NCBI GenBank assembly: GCA_013360215.1 | Contig: JABWCP010000027.1 | Location: forward strand, 1 to 43,137 | Direction of reading: 5' to 3' | Origin: a bacterium | GTDB taxonomy: Bacteria > CLD3 > SB21 | Length of the DNA stretch: 43,137 nucleotides | Shown: positions 14,102 through 24,510 of the stretch, in pieces | Layout of the letters: every line of letters starts with the position of its first letter | Numbering within the stretch: position 1 is the first letter of the stretch | Made by a program: the position numbers and the translations under genes | Notes under the pieces: model-generated | The model's input: only the letters and a program-made list of their open reading frames with translations | Told to the model about the DNA's origin: nothing | Database searches by the model: none

Positions 14102-17100
14102 TTATTTAACCAAAAGCATTTTTCGGGTGAATGATTTACGCAAACCGGTTGTTGTTTCCAGTTCCACGCGATAAAGATAAACACCGGATGAAACCAAAGC
14201 GCCACGTTCGTCACGCCCGTCCCATGCCGCCGTACGCAAACCGGTCTCTTGGCGGTCACCGTTTACCAATGTCCGCACTTTTTGCCCAAGCATATTATAA
14301 ACCGTCAGTGTTACTTTGGCCTGCGAAGCCAGTGCATAACGTATCGTCGTCCCCGGATTGAAAGGGTTGGGGTAGTTTTGCTGCAATTCAAACGCTTTAG
14401 GAAGTTGTTCCAATTCCGTTTGTTTACCTGCAAGATACTCCGGAGTTCCCGCCAAAATACGCATCAGCCATTTTGTGCCCGACGGCGGTAAGGACATTGC
14501 CGTTTCATGATCAATAAATGAATTCGTACTGACATTGAATAAACGCACGGACCAACCCGGTTCATTATTGACAATCTGCATCGTTAGTTCACCCGACTCC
14601 AAACCGGACTCCAATACAAAGTCCGAGGTAATACCCTGCTTATCAAAACGTATCGTTTTGCGATTGAGACCATGATCGCCCGACGGGAAATACACGCCGA
14701 TGGTTTGCCCTGGGTTCTTAGGCTCCGGTTGTGCAAACGCTTCCGCATCATCGCGATCTAATACAGCCAGCGTAGTATAAAGATCACCGTAGCGAATTTG
14801 TTTTTTCAAACCTTCGGCGCTGAGCATGATACGAAATTTTTCACCTTCTAATTGGTTCGATGATTTAGGCATCCAAACAAAATTATCCGGTGTTACGCGA
14901 ATCGTACGCGCCGCATTACCTTTTACATAAATCGCATACCCGCCAAAAGGCTGCAGCGTGGTGACTTCAGTGCTCCATGCTTCGGTCGCGCCGACGCCAT
15001 ATTCGATCGGCCCGTAAAACGCCGTATCTTCAAGTGCGGCAAAATTAATCGTGAACGGGTATGGGTTTCCTATCAGATTCCATCCCGGGGCCAGTGACAT
15101 ATCAAATCCCGTCGTCAGATTGGTTTTACCCGCTGCCGTATTAATCGGCATATCTACCGGCGACTTGTGATAAAACCACATCCCTGCACCATTGGCCAGG
15201 GCTGTGATTTCTGCAGGTTGCGCGTTGTACGCGATATAGTCACCCGAATACACACCGCTTAAAATCGAACTCAAATTTTTGCTATCCAGATCTGCCGGTA
15301 CAGACACCAAACGCCAACGATTAGATGGAATGCCCGTAGGATATTTAGATCCTGCGAGGGATGAGGCCACAGTCGTAAATGTTACCGGTACGCTACTTGT
15401 ATCACTGATGGCTGTATTAACTCTGCTATCCCGCGCACGAATATACAAAGCAATACCTTCCGTCGTGATATTCGAATCATGCACGGTAGCGGTAAATGTA
15501 TTATTCGTACCGGCTGTCATGGTCAGTGAATCATAAGCCGATGTGCCTTTTTGGAAAAATAGTTTTACCCCCGATAGACTGCCATTATCCGTAACCGTCG
15601 CTGTCACCGTTAGCGATGCACCCGATGCAACGGATGCCGGAAGGGTAACATTGCTAATCGTCGGTGCGGTCACATCCAAAATATAAGTCACGTTGAATGT
15701 ATCCGTTACCGTCGAATACCCGTCAAATGCGCTTGCAACGACGGCCGCTGTACCGCTGAACCCGGCCACACTGGCAATGTAAAGTGTATCGTGAGAAATC
15801 GTTGCGGTAAGCTCCGCAGGCGTCGTGGAGACCGAATACGTCAACGTCGTATTATCCGCGTCGGAAAAAACATGCGTCAATTTCCGGCGAAACGTCTTTC
15901 CGAACCCTTCAAAAAGCGAGGTATCGGGAATGGCATTCGCCACGATCGGCGCTACGCTATGCGTTGTATCACTTGCAGTCGACGATTGCGCGCTAAAACC
16001 AAAATTACCTACAGACGAGATTTTATAAAAATAAACGGTATTGGACGAAAGACTGGTATTACTGTAAGTCAGTGTGGGCGCCGCAACGGAATCTACCTGC
16101 ACATAACCGGAAGCCGCTGTCGTCGAACGATACACGCGGTAACGTGTGATGACACCCGAAGGTTTATTCCAAGCTACATCAATGCGGTTGGTCGTCACAC
16201 CGGAGGCCGTAACCCCTGTCGGTGTGGATGGCGCAGTACCGGTCACGGTTAGTGTTATTACTTTTCGGCGCAGTGTAGTCCCTATCGCAACCGTATTGGT
16301 CACATCGCACGTATAGTTTCCCGCGTCACTGGTTTTCACGGAATCAATGTACAACGTGTCATTATTGGTTGAAGGTATAGCGACATTGTTTTTCTTCCAT
16401 GAATATTGATTATTGGCGCCACCTGCAGTGACTACTAAAATACGCGAAGACGCCTCCGCTGAGCTGACCGATGCATAACTATCCAAACTGTCCTGGCCGG
16501 AGTATGTAAATGTGGCGATACCGACATTGGGTTGAATGTCTTCAAAAGTAAATTTATTACCCGAAAGATTGAGCGAAGTCAATGTGCCGATATTTGAAAG
16601 ATCAGGAAATACGCTCAGACGATTGTTCTGTACTTCCAGATTTTGCAGGGCGGCAAGATTTCTAAAGGTTACGGGTATAGAATCCGTAAACGCATTGTTA
16701 TTCAGTGTCAGATCCGTCATGGCGTTAAGATTGCCCAGTGAAGGCGGGATTTGGCCCGAAAGCTGATTATTCTCAAGACCAAGATTGGCCAAATTGGTCA
16801 GATTCCCCAAACTGGAAGGAATAGTATTCGTAATGGCATTGCCATACAACTGAAGTGAAATGAGGCTTCCCAAAGTACCGAGTGTAACCGGAATACGTCC
16901 GGTCAGATTATTGTTATTCAGATCAATCGCCGTTACACGATTGCCACCGACGGTTACGCCAAACCAAGAGCTCACCGGTCCGGTTTTCCAATTGGTTTTG
17001 GTCGTCCAGTTAGTGCCGCCGGTACTGTCATAGAGATTGACCAGCGCCACGGAGTCGGCTGTGAGCACCTGCGCCGATAGCGGTCGCAAACCCCACCCGA

Positions 17101-17137
17101 AGATAAATGTAAAAACAACGACGAAACATGATTTCAT
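14102..17137 (-). CDS. Secreted leucine-rich repeat / Ig / FnIII protein with C-terminal sorting (T9SS type A-like/FlgD-Ig) domain
   Basis: Start 17137 (MKSCFVVVF..LSAQ) after GAGG; DSVALVNLYDSTGGTNW cap; 24-aa LRRs LSGQIPPSLGNL; Ig D.GNYTC; FnIII; C-terminus PKAFELQQNYPNPFNPGTTIRYAL..VYNMLGQKVRTL..WDGRD..SGVYLYR..KMLLVK. Confidence 0.88.
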   Translation of the reverse strand: MKSCFVVVFTFIFGWGLRPLSAQVLTADSVALVNLYDSTGGTNWTTKTNWKTGPVSSWFGVTVGGNRVTAIDLNNNNLTGRIPVTLGTLGSLISLQLYGNAITNTIPSSLGNLTNLANLGLENNQLSGQIPPSLGNLNAMTDLTLNNNAFTDSIPVTFRNLAALQNLEVQNNRLSVFPDLSNIGTLTSLNLSGNKFTFEDIQPNVGIATFTYSGQDSLDSYASVSSAEASSRILVVTAGGANNQYSWKKNNVAIPSTNNDTLYIDSVKTSDAGNYTCDVTNTVAIGTTLRRKVITLTVTGTAPSTPTGVTASGVTTNRIDVAWNKPSGVITRYRVYRSTTAASGYVQVDSVAAPTLTYSNTSLSSNTVYFYKISSVGNFGFSAQSSTASDTTHSVAPIVANAIPDTSLFEGFGKTFRRKLTHVFSDADNTTLTYSVSTTPAELTATISHDTLYIASVAGFSGTAAVVASAFDGYSTVTDTFNVTYILDVTAPTISNVTLPASVASGASLTVTATVTDNGSLSGVKLFFQKGTSAYDSLTMTAGTNNTFTATVHDSNITTEGIALYIRARDSRVNTAISDTSSVPVTFTTVASSLAGSKYPTGIPSNRWRLVSVPADLDSKNLSSILSGVYSGDYIAYNAQPAEITALANGAGMWFYHKSPVDMPINTAAGKTNLTTGFDMSLAPGWNLIGNPYPFTINFAALEDTAFYGPIEYGVGATEAWSTEVTTLQPFGGYAIYVKGNAARTIRVTPDNFVWMPKSSNQLEGEKFRIMLSAEGLKKQIRYGDLYTTLAVLDRDDAEAFAQPEPKNPGQTIGVYFPSGDHGLNRKTIRFDKQGITSDFVLESGLESGELTMQIVNNEPGWSVRLFNVSTNSFIDHETAMSLPPSGTKWLMRILAGTPEYLAGKQTELEQLPKAFELQQNYPNPFNPGTTIRYALASQAKVTLTVYNMLGQKVRTLVNGDRQETGLRTAAWDGRDERGALVSSGVYLYRVELETTTGLRKSFTRKMLLVK

Positions 17138-17246
17138 AAAAGCCTCAGTGCATGTTCGCAAACAAATATTAATTCGATGTAAATTATCAGATTTGATTGA
17201 CGGCAAGATCATTAAAAATTAGTTAAAAAACAATAGCCTAGCAAGT

Positions 17247-17702
17247 CTATTTTTTAGAAATCGCGGTGGCTCCGGCATGCTGCCACTCCACGCTGCCGTC
17301 GGCAAAAAATTCTTTCTTCCAGACCGGCAAATCTCGTTTTATTGCTTCCATAATCCAGCGGCATGCTTCAAATGCTTCGCCCCGATGCCCCGCACCGACG
17401 GCGACCACAATACTGGCTTCAGTAACTTTCAGCAAACCGATCCGGTGTACCGCATAAACCTTATTAAGCGGCCATTGCCCGCACGCCGACTGAAGAATCG
17501 TGCGCAGTATTTTTTCCGCCATATCAGGATAGGCCTGATAATCTATTTGCTCTACCGGTCTGCCGCCGAATTCGTTGCGCACCGTACCGATAAAAATATT
17601 CACAGCACCGTTTTCCGGGCTGAGGCAAAATTGATAAGCCGAATCCGCCGAAAGGGGCGATGTCGTGATCCGGGCAAAAATTTTTTCGTTATCTTCAGGC
17701 AT
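17247..17702 (-). CDS. moaE: Molybdopterin synthase catalytic subunit
   Basis: GAVNIFIGTVR, Y.AYPDMAEK, HRIGLL, HRGEAFEAC..IK..LPVWKKE; adjacent to moaD; start MPEDN at 17702. Confidence 0.93.
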   Translation of the reverse strand: MPEDNEKIFARITTSPLSADSAYQFCLSPENGAVNIFIGTVRNEFGGRPVEQIDYQAYPDMAEKILRTILQSACGQWPLNKVYAVHRIGLLKVTEASIVVAVGAGHRGEAFEACRWIMEAIKRDLPVWKKEFFADGSVEWQHAGATAISKK

Positions 17703-17706
17703 AACT

Positions 17707-17964
17707 TTATCCTCCGCTGACCGGCGGTATAATACACACTTCATCACCGTTTTGAAATTGGACAGCGCCGGCGACGTATTCCATATTTACAGCCAGGCGG
17801 CTTTGGTTTTGATATGCCTTCAAGCGCGGAAATTTTTCGGCGATAACTTGCCAAAAAGTTTCTGCATCCGCTGAAGCCGGCAATACAATTACCGCCTCCT
17901 CGCATCCGGCCGCTTCACGGCACATCGCAAAAAATTTAACGCGTACATTGATCATGTTCATCAT
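17707..17964 (-). CDS. moaD: Molybdopterin synthase sulfur carrier subunit
   Basis: VKFFA..RE, LAVNMEY, GDEVCIIPPVSGG C-terminal diglycine; start overlaps the A2M stop (ATGA). Confidence 0.93.
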   Translation of the reverse strand: MMNMINVRVKFFAMCREAAGCEEAVIVLPASADAETFWQVIAEKFPRLKAYQNQSRLAVNMEYVAGAVQFQNGDEVCIIPPVSGG

Positions 17965-20900
17965 TCCACTGAAATCTGAGTTGCCGTCGTCGTTCCGAAA
18001 ATCTCCGGATGATACATCGCTTCGGCTTTGGTAGCCGGCAGCGCAAACGTACCGTAGGTCGTCGCACGCACGTAATAGATAAACTTCTGTGTCCCGTTTT
18101 CAAAATAGTCAGCAAAAGCCACGACGCGATCATCGCGCATTTCCGAACGTGTAAATCCACCGTACTCCCACCAACGATTTTCGGTCCCACCGCCGTACGA
18201 AGATGCCGAAGTTGCCAAATCCGTGTTGATCGCTTCAAATCCCGCCGGCAACGGATCATCCAACACCACATATTGGCGTGCTTGCGCCGTACTGACCGTC
18301 AATGTGATTTTATAAATTTTACCGGCTTTATAACGTCCGTCCGTGACGACGTGACCCGAAGCGTCTTGTATCTCTTTGCTCACCCGCAATCCCTCATCGC
18401 GTGCCGGAGCATTACCGCCTGAACGCGGCGCATAGGTCATACGCGCATTGTAATATAAACGCCCCGCGCCTGTTTTGGATATATCAAGCGGCAATGCTTT
18501 ACCGCTCGGAAATTCGGCTAAAGCCGTAAGGGATGTGTGACTCTGTGTCGTCCGGCCCTGATACATTTGGGAGAGCAATTGACGCCCTGCCAAACGCACC
18601 GTTGCTTTGAAATCCGGATCCACGTCTTCAAAATTTCTGAAATACGTGCCCAGCGCGTAAAACACATACAAGTTTTCCTGCGTCGTACGCCAGCGTCCTT
18701 GTTTACGTTCTTCAAGCATATATTTCACTACTTTTTCAGCCCAAGGTACGTTGGTGCCGTCTAGTTCGATAAACGTTTGCAATATCGCCGCGGTGGTGCG
18801 CATCGGCGAATGGAATGACCATTCCGAACCGGGCAAATTCGGCTCTTCAAAATGCGCCGTCGTGGGATTCATTTTAATCGCATTCATCAGATCACGACGT
18901 AATGTTTCGGTCATGGCTTTATGACCGCCGCCTTTGACAATCGCTTGCAAAAGCATTGCGCGTGCAAACAAAGGTAATTCGGAACGGCGCTGGAATAACA
19001 GTTCGGCGCTGGCCGCATCATACACATCGTGATCGGCCAATATAGCCAATGCAAACGCATTGGTATTGTGCCAATAAAAAACACCATAGCGGTCTACCGG
19101 ATTATTACGAACAAGCTTTTTCAAATATTCTACGCCGTTGTCCATGATTTCTTTGGGTACATCATAACCGATAGCTTTCGCCTTGGTCAAAGCAAACATC
19201 GCATACACACTGACGTAGGGTGATACCGTATTATCGCCGGTCCAATACGAAAAACCACCGCTGTACTTTTGAAATTTGGGAATCTCATTCAGGTATTCTT
19301 TAACCGCCGCATCGACCGATTTTGTTTTGTCTTCAAACGGAGTGAGACCAAATGCTGTCACTACGTCACCAAAAAGAATGACCGGTAAAACACGGGAGGT
19401 GCGCTGTTCGAGACAACCGTACGGATATTCGAAAAGATATTTTACACTACCGTCAAGGTCAACCAATGCCGTAGACGATGTTTTGATTTCAAAACTTCCC
19501 GTGTTTTCAAAAATCGAACCGGGAATGATCACTTGTTCCTGCGTTTTATCCGTCGTACTGCCGGCAAGCGCCACGGTTTCCGTTGGTACGGGCATACGCA
19601 CCGGTATTGTTATTTCTACGCCATCGCTAAACGACTGCATCTGTGCGGTAAAACTAAACTTCGCCGGCCCGGTCTTAAGCGCACGATATGTAAAACGCAC
19701 TTCTTGGGATGCACCGGGTTGCAACTCCACCGATTTTTCGTTTGGTCCGATAATTTCGACACCTTCCACCTGTGCGCGTATCGTCGCTGTCCCCGCTTGC
19801 GTGGTGTTATTGTGTAGCACTGCGCCGGCTTCCATGGCGTCGTCTATGCGGGCAAAACGCGGTAGTGCAGGCCGAAGCATGAGATCTTTGCTGACCGTAA
19901 TGGAATGATCGTCACTGCCAAAACGAGAATCGCGGGTATGGGCCACCGCAAATATGCGAAACATAGTGAGGTTGTCCGGCAGTTGTACACGGACACGCGC
20001 CTTACCGCGCGCATCGGTGATCACGGAAGGATTCCAGTACACACAGGATTTGAAATCTTTGCGCATGGCAATGCCCGGCATACTTCGCTCGTCACCACCG
20101 CCACCGCCGACACCACCCTTTTCTTTAAGATCGCGCTTTACCAGTTGATCCAAAATAAATCGCCGCGATTCGGTCGTAGCAACCTGCAACTCACGTTGTT
20201 TGTAAAAATGTGAAAACACATCCGGCGTTTGATATCCCACCAGATTGAGTACGCCGACATCTTCGACATAAAGCGTCACTTCCGCAATTTGACCATACCC
20301 TGACTTGTCCGCCACTTCGACGTCCACATCCATCCATTCACCGGGTTGAAATTTATTTTTCGGTGTTTGAATTTTCACGGCCAGTTTGTTAGCCGACGGA
20401 TCCACAGAAAGGTTGATATAGCCGATTTTAAAAGACGGCTTTCCTATGTCTTCATTTTGATCGGGCACAGGTTCAGCGGTTCGCCCTTGTAAAAGCATCA
20501 CCGACACAAACGCATTGGGCGCCATCTCGGCCGTAATCGGAATTTCGACCGAAGCGGCATTACCTTTGAGTTCCGTCATGAAATGACGAATAATACCTTC
20601 GCGTTCTACACTCACCAGAGCACGCGCGCGCTCATAAGGCGACTTGACGAGTATTTTGGCTTTTTCACCGACTTTATATTGGCTTTTATTCGCAACCAAA
20701 TCAATCCGGTCGCCATCATTGAGTTTCCATCCAGCATAGGATTCGCCGGTCACATAAACGTAGGATTCTGAAATAATCGTATTGTCGTATGGATCGCTCG
20801 AAGTCGCTCTCAAAATATAATAACCCGTCGAGGCTGGGTTCAATTTTTGCGTGACGATCTCCCCCCCGCGCGAGCGTACCGTAAAAACCCCTTCCGTTGT

Positions 20901-23600
20901 ATCGCGCTGAGAAGATGTCCATCGGTACGAACCATCATACGATTTTTCCCGAACGGAATGCCATTCACGGCGAATCAATTCCAATTCAATTTTTTTATCG
21001 GCCGTTTTTTTTCCATCAGACGTTACGGCTACGACATCCACCGACAAGGGTTCACCCCATGTCATAAAAGTCGTTGATGGTTTGAGGCCTATATAAAATG
21101 CGCCTTGATGTACGCGCACCGTTGTCCGGCCGCTGACATACTGCCTGTTTTTATCTTCTACCGTACCTTCGATGACCAGTTCCGAAGTTTCGGAAACACC
21201 GCCGGCATTGAGCACGACTTCGGCATCCATAAGACCGTGTTGATCCAATGTCCCGGAGGAGCTCGCAAGCACCGTTTGATACGCACCACGCCCGTAATAC
21301 CCGTCGTAATCGTACATTTTACCAAAGAAATACCCGTCATACCCCTCCGGTTGGAATGAGCTGGCATTACGCGTAATACTCCAGTTCATAGATGCATCGG
21401 CCATCGGCGCACCAAAAAGATAGTGCGCATCAAAATTAAGTTTGAGCGTCTCACTCCATACGTACTCGGATTTAACCGAATTGATGGTCACCGCACTTTC
21501 GACAGGACGAAACTCCTGCACCTGGAACGATTCACCGGTGAGTTCTTTATTTTTATCCGACGTATACAAACGCGCAGAATAATAACCGAGCGGCGCATTT
21601 TCAGGAACGGTAAATTCGAAATCCGTTCCTCCAAACGGATTGACTACGATGTCTTGGGCATACACTTCATCGTTGGACGGATTAAAAATACGAGCTTTCA
21701 GATTTAGTCCCGTCGGTACGGACCACGCGCCTTTTTGTAAGCGACGCAGCATTGCTTTAAATTGCACTTTATCGCCCGGCCTGTAGATGCCTTGATTGGT
21801 AAATAACTTAGACGAAATTTCGTCTTCGGCCGACTGAACATACCACGCATATGGAATATTAAAGCGCCATAAATCAATTTTATTATCCGAGCGCGCGTAG
21901 GCTGTTTGATCACCACGCGTTGCAAATACCCACAGCCTCGGTTCGTTGTATGTATCTATCGGTTGGAGACCAAAACCGCTCCAGCCCTGTGTTTCCGCTA
22001 CGCCATCCGAATTGGTATAACCGCTCCACAACAGATTACCCATATCGTCGCGTATCTGCACAAAGGCGCGTGCAGCACGGCCGTCTTTGAGCTGGCTGAC
22101 GGCAATAACGCTTTTATCGCGGGCAAATTTTGCCGTAATGCCGATATCCGTGACTTGTATCAGTGCGCGTTGATAGTCATTCCATGTATCATGCTTCATC
22201 TGTACGAAGACGAAACCCGACGGTTGGGAGGCCAACGCCGGATCCAATGCGAGCGGATAATATTGTGTCGCATTACGCGGCAGATCGGGACGTTCAGATA
22301 TCGTATGTGCCCAACGATTAAAACCATTATCGCGATATAAACCCTCTTTGGCTAAACCAATGACTTCCTCTTGGGTGATAACCGCCATTTGAATATCAAT
22401 ATTGCCGGGATTGATCATCGCCACATTCAGATCGTGGCGCAGATACGATTCTAAAACATGTTCTCCGGTTTCAAAATAAACCGACGACGCGTAATCGCCC
22501 GTTCTGAAATTCTGCCGAACCGTAACTCCCAAAGCGTTATCAAAAGCATCTTTTATCTCGGGATCAATGGTAATCGTATAATCCGTTTGCGGCTGAAGTT
22601 GCGCATAGATACTCGCAGGATACTCCGACGACCACGATGGATATATTTCATTGATCTCGGTATGCGGCGTGATCGTAAGATGCGATTTGAGTTCATCGGC
22701 ATCTATGCGATTGGTGAACTTTAGTTGAAAAGGACTATTGGGATATTCCGGCGGAATCAATTCCAAAAACTCCAAAGGCCCGTAGGTCGAAATGTCATGC
22801 GTCACGCGCTCGGATGACCCTAGCACGCCTTCGCGTCCTTTGAGGCCGGATGCGATCTGCAATTGATAACTCGTCTGCATGCGCAAAGATGTGATCGGTT
22901 TTACGCGCACAATGCGCTCAACGGGTGATCCGGCAACCTGGTCATAACCATAGTTGTAATACGTCAGTAAGTCCGCGCTATCGGCCGGTTCGATGCTAAC
23001 CGGTATATTGGCGCCGTCCTGAATACGAATGAGGCGTATCTTTTCCTTGGCGGAATGAATATCTATCGGTTGATTAAATGTCAGCATGATTTTCGGATTG
23101 AGCGTAGTGCCATTCATCTCCGAAATATTATGACTGATCAATTTCGGTCGCATGGTTTCAAACGAAAAAACATACGGCGAAGTCATCGCGCTACCGTCGA
23201 GAGCACGCGTGCCTGCCGGTATGGTTACGGTAAATCGTGTATTCAGTGGGAGTTTTTCGGACGGGATAAAAGATAATGTATTCGTTCCCATCCAGCGGAA
23301 TTTGCCGTTTACTGAGGGACTTATTTCCAGCGGCCCGTCACCGTCGCCTTCCGGCAAAGCGCTCAACGCCACCATCGGTTTTGCAAAAATCACTACAACG
23401 GCATAAAGCTGCTGAATATCGGCGACCGTTCCTTGCGGTGTTGCCGACAATACAAAGTCCCCTGAACCGAAAACCGTTTCGGGCATAGGTGTGGCTTGCA
23501 TAGTGTCCGGTGCAATACAACCATTGAGGTGCATCGAAGATAACAAAACCACCGATATCGATAACAACAGACGTATCATTTTTTTCACTTTAGATCCCAT
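17961..23600 (-). CDS. Alpha-2-macroglobulin family lipoprotein (thioester-containing) with N-terminal Big_5 domains
   Basis: Lipobox LNGC; IYRPGDKVQFK (MG2); LPDNLT.FR; thioester motif YPYGCLEQ; DPLPAGFE, RDDRV, PATKAEAMYHPE. Start chosen at 23600 after GGAG. Confidence 0.93.
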   Translation of the reverse strand: MGSKVKKMIRLLLSISVVLLSSMHLNGCIAPDTMQATPMPETVFGSGDFVLSATPQGTVADIQQLYAVVVIFAKPMVALSALPEGDGDGPLEISPSVNGKFRWMGTNTLSFIPSEKLPLNTRFTVTIPAGTRALDGSAMTSPYVFSFETMRPKLISHNISEMNGTTLNPKIMLTFNQPIDIHSAKEKIRLIRIQDGANIPVSIEPADSADLLTYYNYGYDQVAGSPVERIVRVKPITSLRMQTSYQLQIASGLKGREGVLGSSERVTHDISTYGPLEFLELIPPEYPNSPFQLKFTNRIDADELKSHLTITPHTEINEIYPSWSSEYPASIYAQLQPQTDYTITIDPEIKDAFDNALGVTVRQNFRTGDYASSVYFETGEHVLESYLRHDLNVAMINPGNIDIQMAVITQEEVIGLAKEGLYRDNGFNRWAHTISERPDLPRNATQYYPLALDPALASQPSGFVFVQMKHDTWNDYQRALIQVTDIGITAKFARDKSVIAVSQLKDGRAARAFVQIRDDMGNLLWSGYTNSDGVAETQGWSGFGLQPIDTYNEPRLWVFATRGDQTAYARSDNKIDLWRFNIPYAWYVQSAEDEISSKLFTNQGIYRPGDKVQFKAMLRRLQKGAWSVPTGLNLKARIFNPSNDEVYAQDIVVNPFGGTDFEFTVPENAPLGYYSARLYTSDKNKELTGESFQVQEFRPVESAVTINSVKSEYVWSETLKLNFDAHYLFGAPMADASMNWSITRNASSFQPEGYDGYFFGKMYDYDGYYGRGAYQTVLASSSGTLDQHGLMDAEVVLNAGGVSETSELVIEGTVEDKNRQYVSGRTTVRVHQGAFYIGLKPSTTFMTWGEPLSVDVVAVTSDGKKTADKKIELELIRREWHSVREKSYDGSYRWTSSQRDTTEGVFTVRSRGGEIVTQKLNPASTGYYILRATSSDPYDNTIISESYVYVTGESYAGWKLNDGDRIDLVANKSQYKVGEKAKILVKSPYERARALVSVEREGIIRHFMTELKGNAASVEIPITAEMAPNAFVSVMLLQGRTAEPVPDQNEDIGKPSFKIGYINLSVDPSANKLAVKIQTPKNKFQPGEWMDVDVEVADKSGYGQIAEVTLYVEDVGVLNLVGYQTPDVFSHFYKQRELQVATTESRRFILDQLVKRDLKEKGGVGGGGGDERSMPGIAMRKDFKSCVYWNPSVITDARGKARVRVQLPDNLTMFRIFAVAHTRDSRFGSDDHSITVSKDLMLRPALPRFARIDDAMEAGAVLHNNTTQAGTATIRAQVEGVEIIGPNEKSVELQPGASQEVRFTYRALKTGPAKFSFTAQMQSFSDGVEITIPVRMPVPTETVALAGSTTDKTQEQVIIPGSIFENTGSFEIKTSSTALVDLDGSVKYLFEYPYGCLEQRTSRVLPVILFGDVVTAFGLTPFEDKTKSVDAAVKEYLNEIPKFQKYSGGFSYWTGDNTVSPYVSVYAMFALTKAKAIGYDVPKEIMDNGVEYLKKLVRNNPVDRYGVFYWHNTNAFALAILADHDVYDAASAELLFQRRSELPLFARAMLLQAIVKGGGHKAMTETLRRDLMNAIKMNPTTAHFEEPNLPGSEWSFHSPMRTTAAILQTFIELDGTNVPWAEKVVKYMLEERKQGRWRTTQENLYVFYALGTYFRNFEDVDPDFKATVRLAGRQLLSQMYQGRTTQSHTSLTALAEFPSGKALPLDISKTGAGRLYYNARMTYAPRSGGNAPARDEGLRVSKEIQDASGHVVTDGRYKAGKIYKITLTVSTAQARQYVVLDDPLPAGFEAINTDLATSASSYGGGTENRWWEYGGFTRSEMRDDRVVAFADYFENGTQKFIYYVRATTYGTFALPATKAEAMYHPEIFGTTTATQISVE

Positions 23601-23610
23601 GACCATCTCC

Positions 23611-23889
23611 CTATTTCCCATTATTTGCTTTTACATTGGAACGATATTTTATTTTAAGCACAATCAACCAAAGATTCAATGCGATGGAAACGATATTAGC
23701 CATAATGATAACTAAGTCATCACGCATTACCCCATAGAGCAACCATCCGCTCATCCCGATCAATAAAACGACCGGCTGAGCAATAGCCACATCCTCAACT
23801 TTTTTGGTACGAAGGCTTTTTATCACTTGCGGTAGAAAACCAAACGTAGTTAGAATTCCAGAAACCAAACCTACGATCATTGTATCCAT
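23611..23889 (-). CDS. SemiSWEET / PQ-loop (MtN3-saliva) sugar transporter
   Basis: GILTTFGFLPQVIKSLRTK, WLLYG, IIMAN; three hydrophobic segments in ~90 aa. Confidence 0.88.
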   Translation of the reverse strand: MDTMIVGLVSGILTTFGFLPQVIKSLRTKKVEDVAIAQPVVLLIGMSGWLLYGVMRDDLVIIMANIVSIALNLWLIVLKIKYRSNVKANNGK

Positions 23890-23974
23890 GAAGACCATTC
23901 AATCATGTTTTGAGTTGAGTTTTTTTTATTTACATTACATTTCAATAACTCATCTGAATAAGGATAAATCATTT

Positions 23975-24460
23975 ATGAAAGACATTTCAGAGGCGATTAA
24001 TAACCTGCTGAACAAATTCAAAATTTGGGTACTGCTTGGCGGTGTTGTAGTCATAACGATCGCTTTTACGGCCCCCCAATTCCTGTTCATTTTGATATTC
24101 CCTCTATTCTTCGGATTATTTTTCTACATATTCAAAAGCTTCGTACAACCCATGATGCGCAGCATGGATGCTCAATTTGGCGTCAAGCTTCCTCCTGAAT
24201 TCGATGAGAGCCAAGAAACGACTCGCGACATTTCGCGTTGGGATGCAATACTATCGTGCGCTCAATCCAAAGGCGGCCGTCTGACCGCGGCCGATGTTTC
24301 GATTTATTTTAATGTGGATCTGCAGACGGCGGAGGTACGTCTCGATCAATGCGTGGAATCAGGACATGCGGAGCTTTATGTAAGCCAATCCGGCGTTAAA
24401 GTATATCAATTCTCTCACATTATCAGCGACGACGAAAAAAAACACGCTGAACCAATATAA
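23975..24460 (+). CDS. Hypothetical membrane protein (two TM helices plus C-terminal winged-helix-like region)
   Basis: AAGGA RBS before ATG 23975; hydrophobic IWVLLGGVVVITIAF / FLFILIFPLFFGLFFYIF; C-terminus AQSKGGRLTAADVS..AEVRLDQ..VSQSGVKVYQF. Confidence 0.7.
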   Translation: MKDISEAINNLLNKFKIWVLLGGVVVITIAFTAPQFLFILIFPLFFGLFFYIFKSFVQPMMRSMDAQFGVKLPPEFDESQETTRDISRWDAILSCAQSKGGRLTAADVSIYFNVDLQTAEVRLDQCVESGHAELYVSQSGVKVYQFSHIISDDEKKHAEPI

Positions 24461-24467
24461 CTTATTT

Positions 24468-24501
24468 TTAAAGCGCATGGCTCTATACCCATGCGCTTTA
24501 A
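24468..24501. terminator. Bidirectional hairpin between convergent genes
   Basis: TTAAAGCGCATGG-ctctatac-CCATGCGCTTTAA, a perfect 13-bp stem between stops at 24460 and 24511. Confidence 0.75.
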
Positions 24502-24510
24502 CGTATCCGA

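Noticed and set aside
17707-17964. Ubiquitin-like conjugation/defence system
   Set aside because: The adjacent gene is a typical MoaE; no E1/E2/JAB genes are present.
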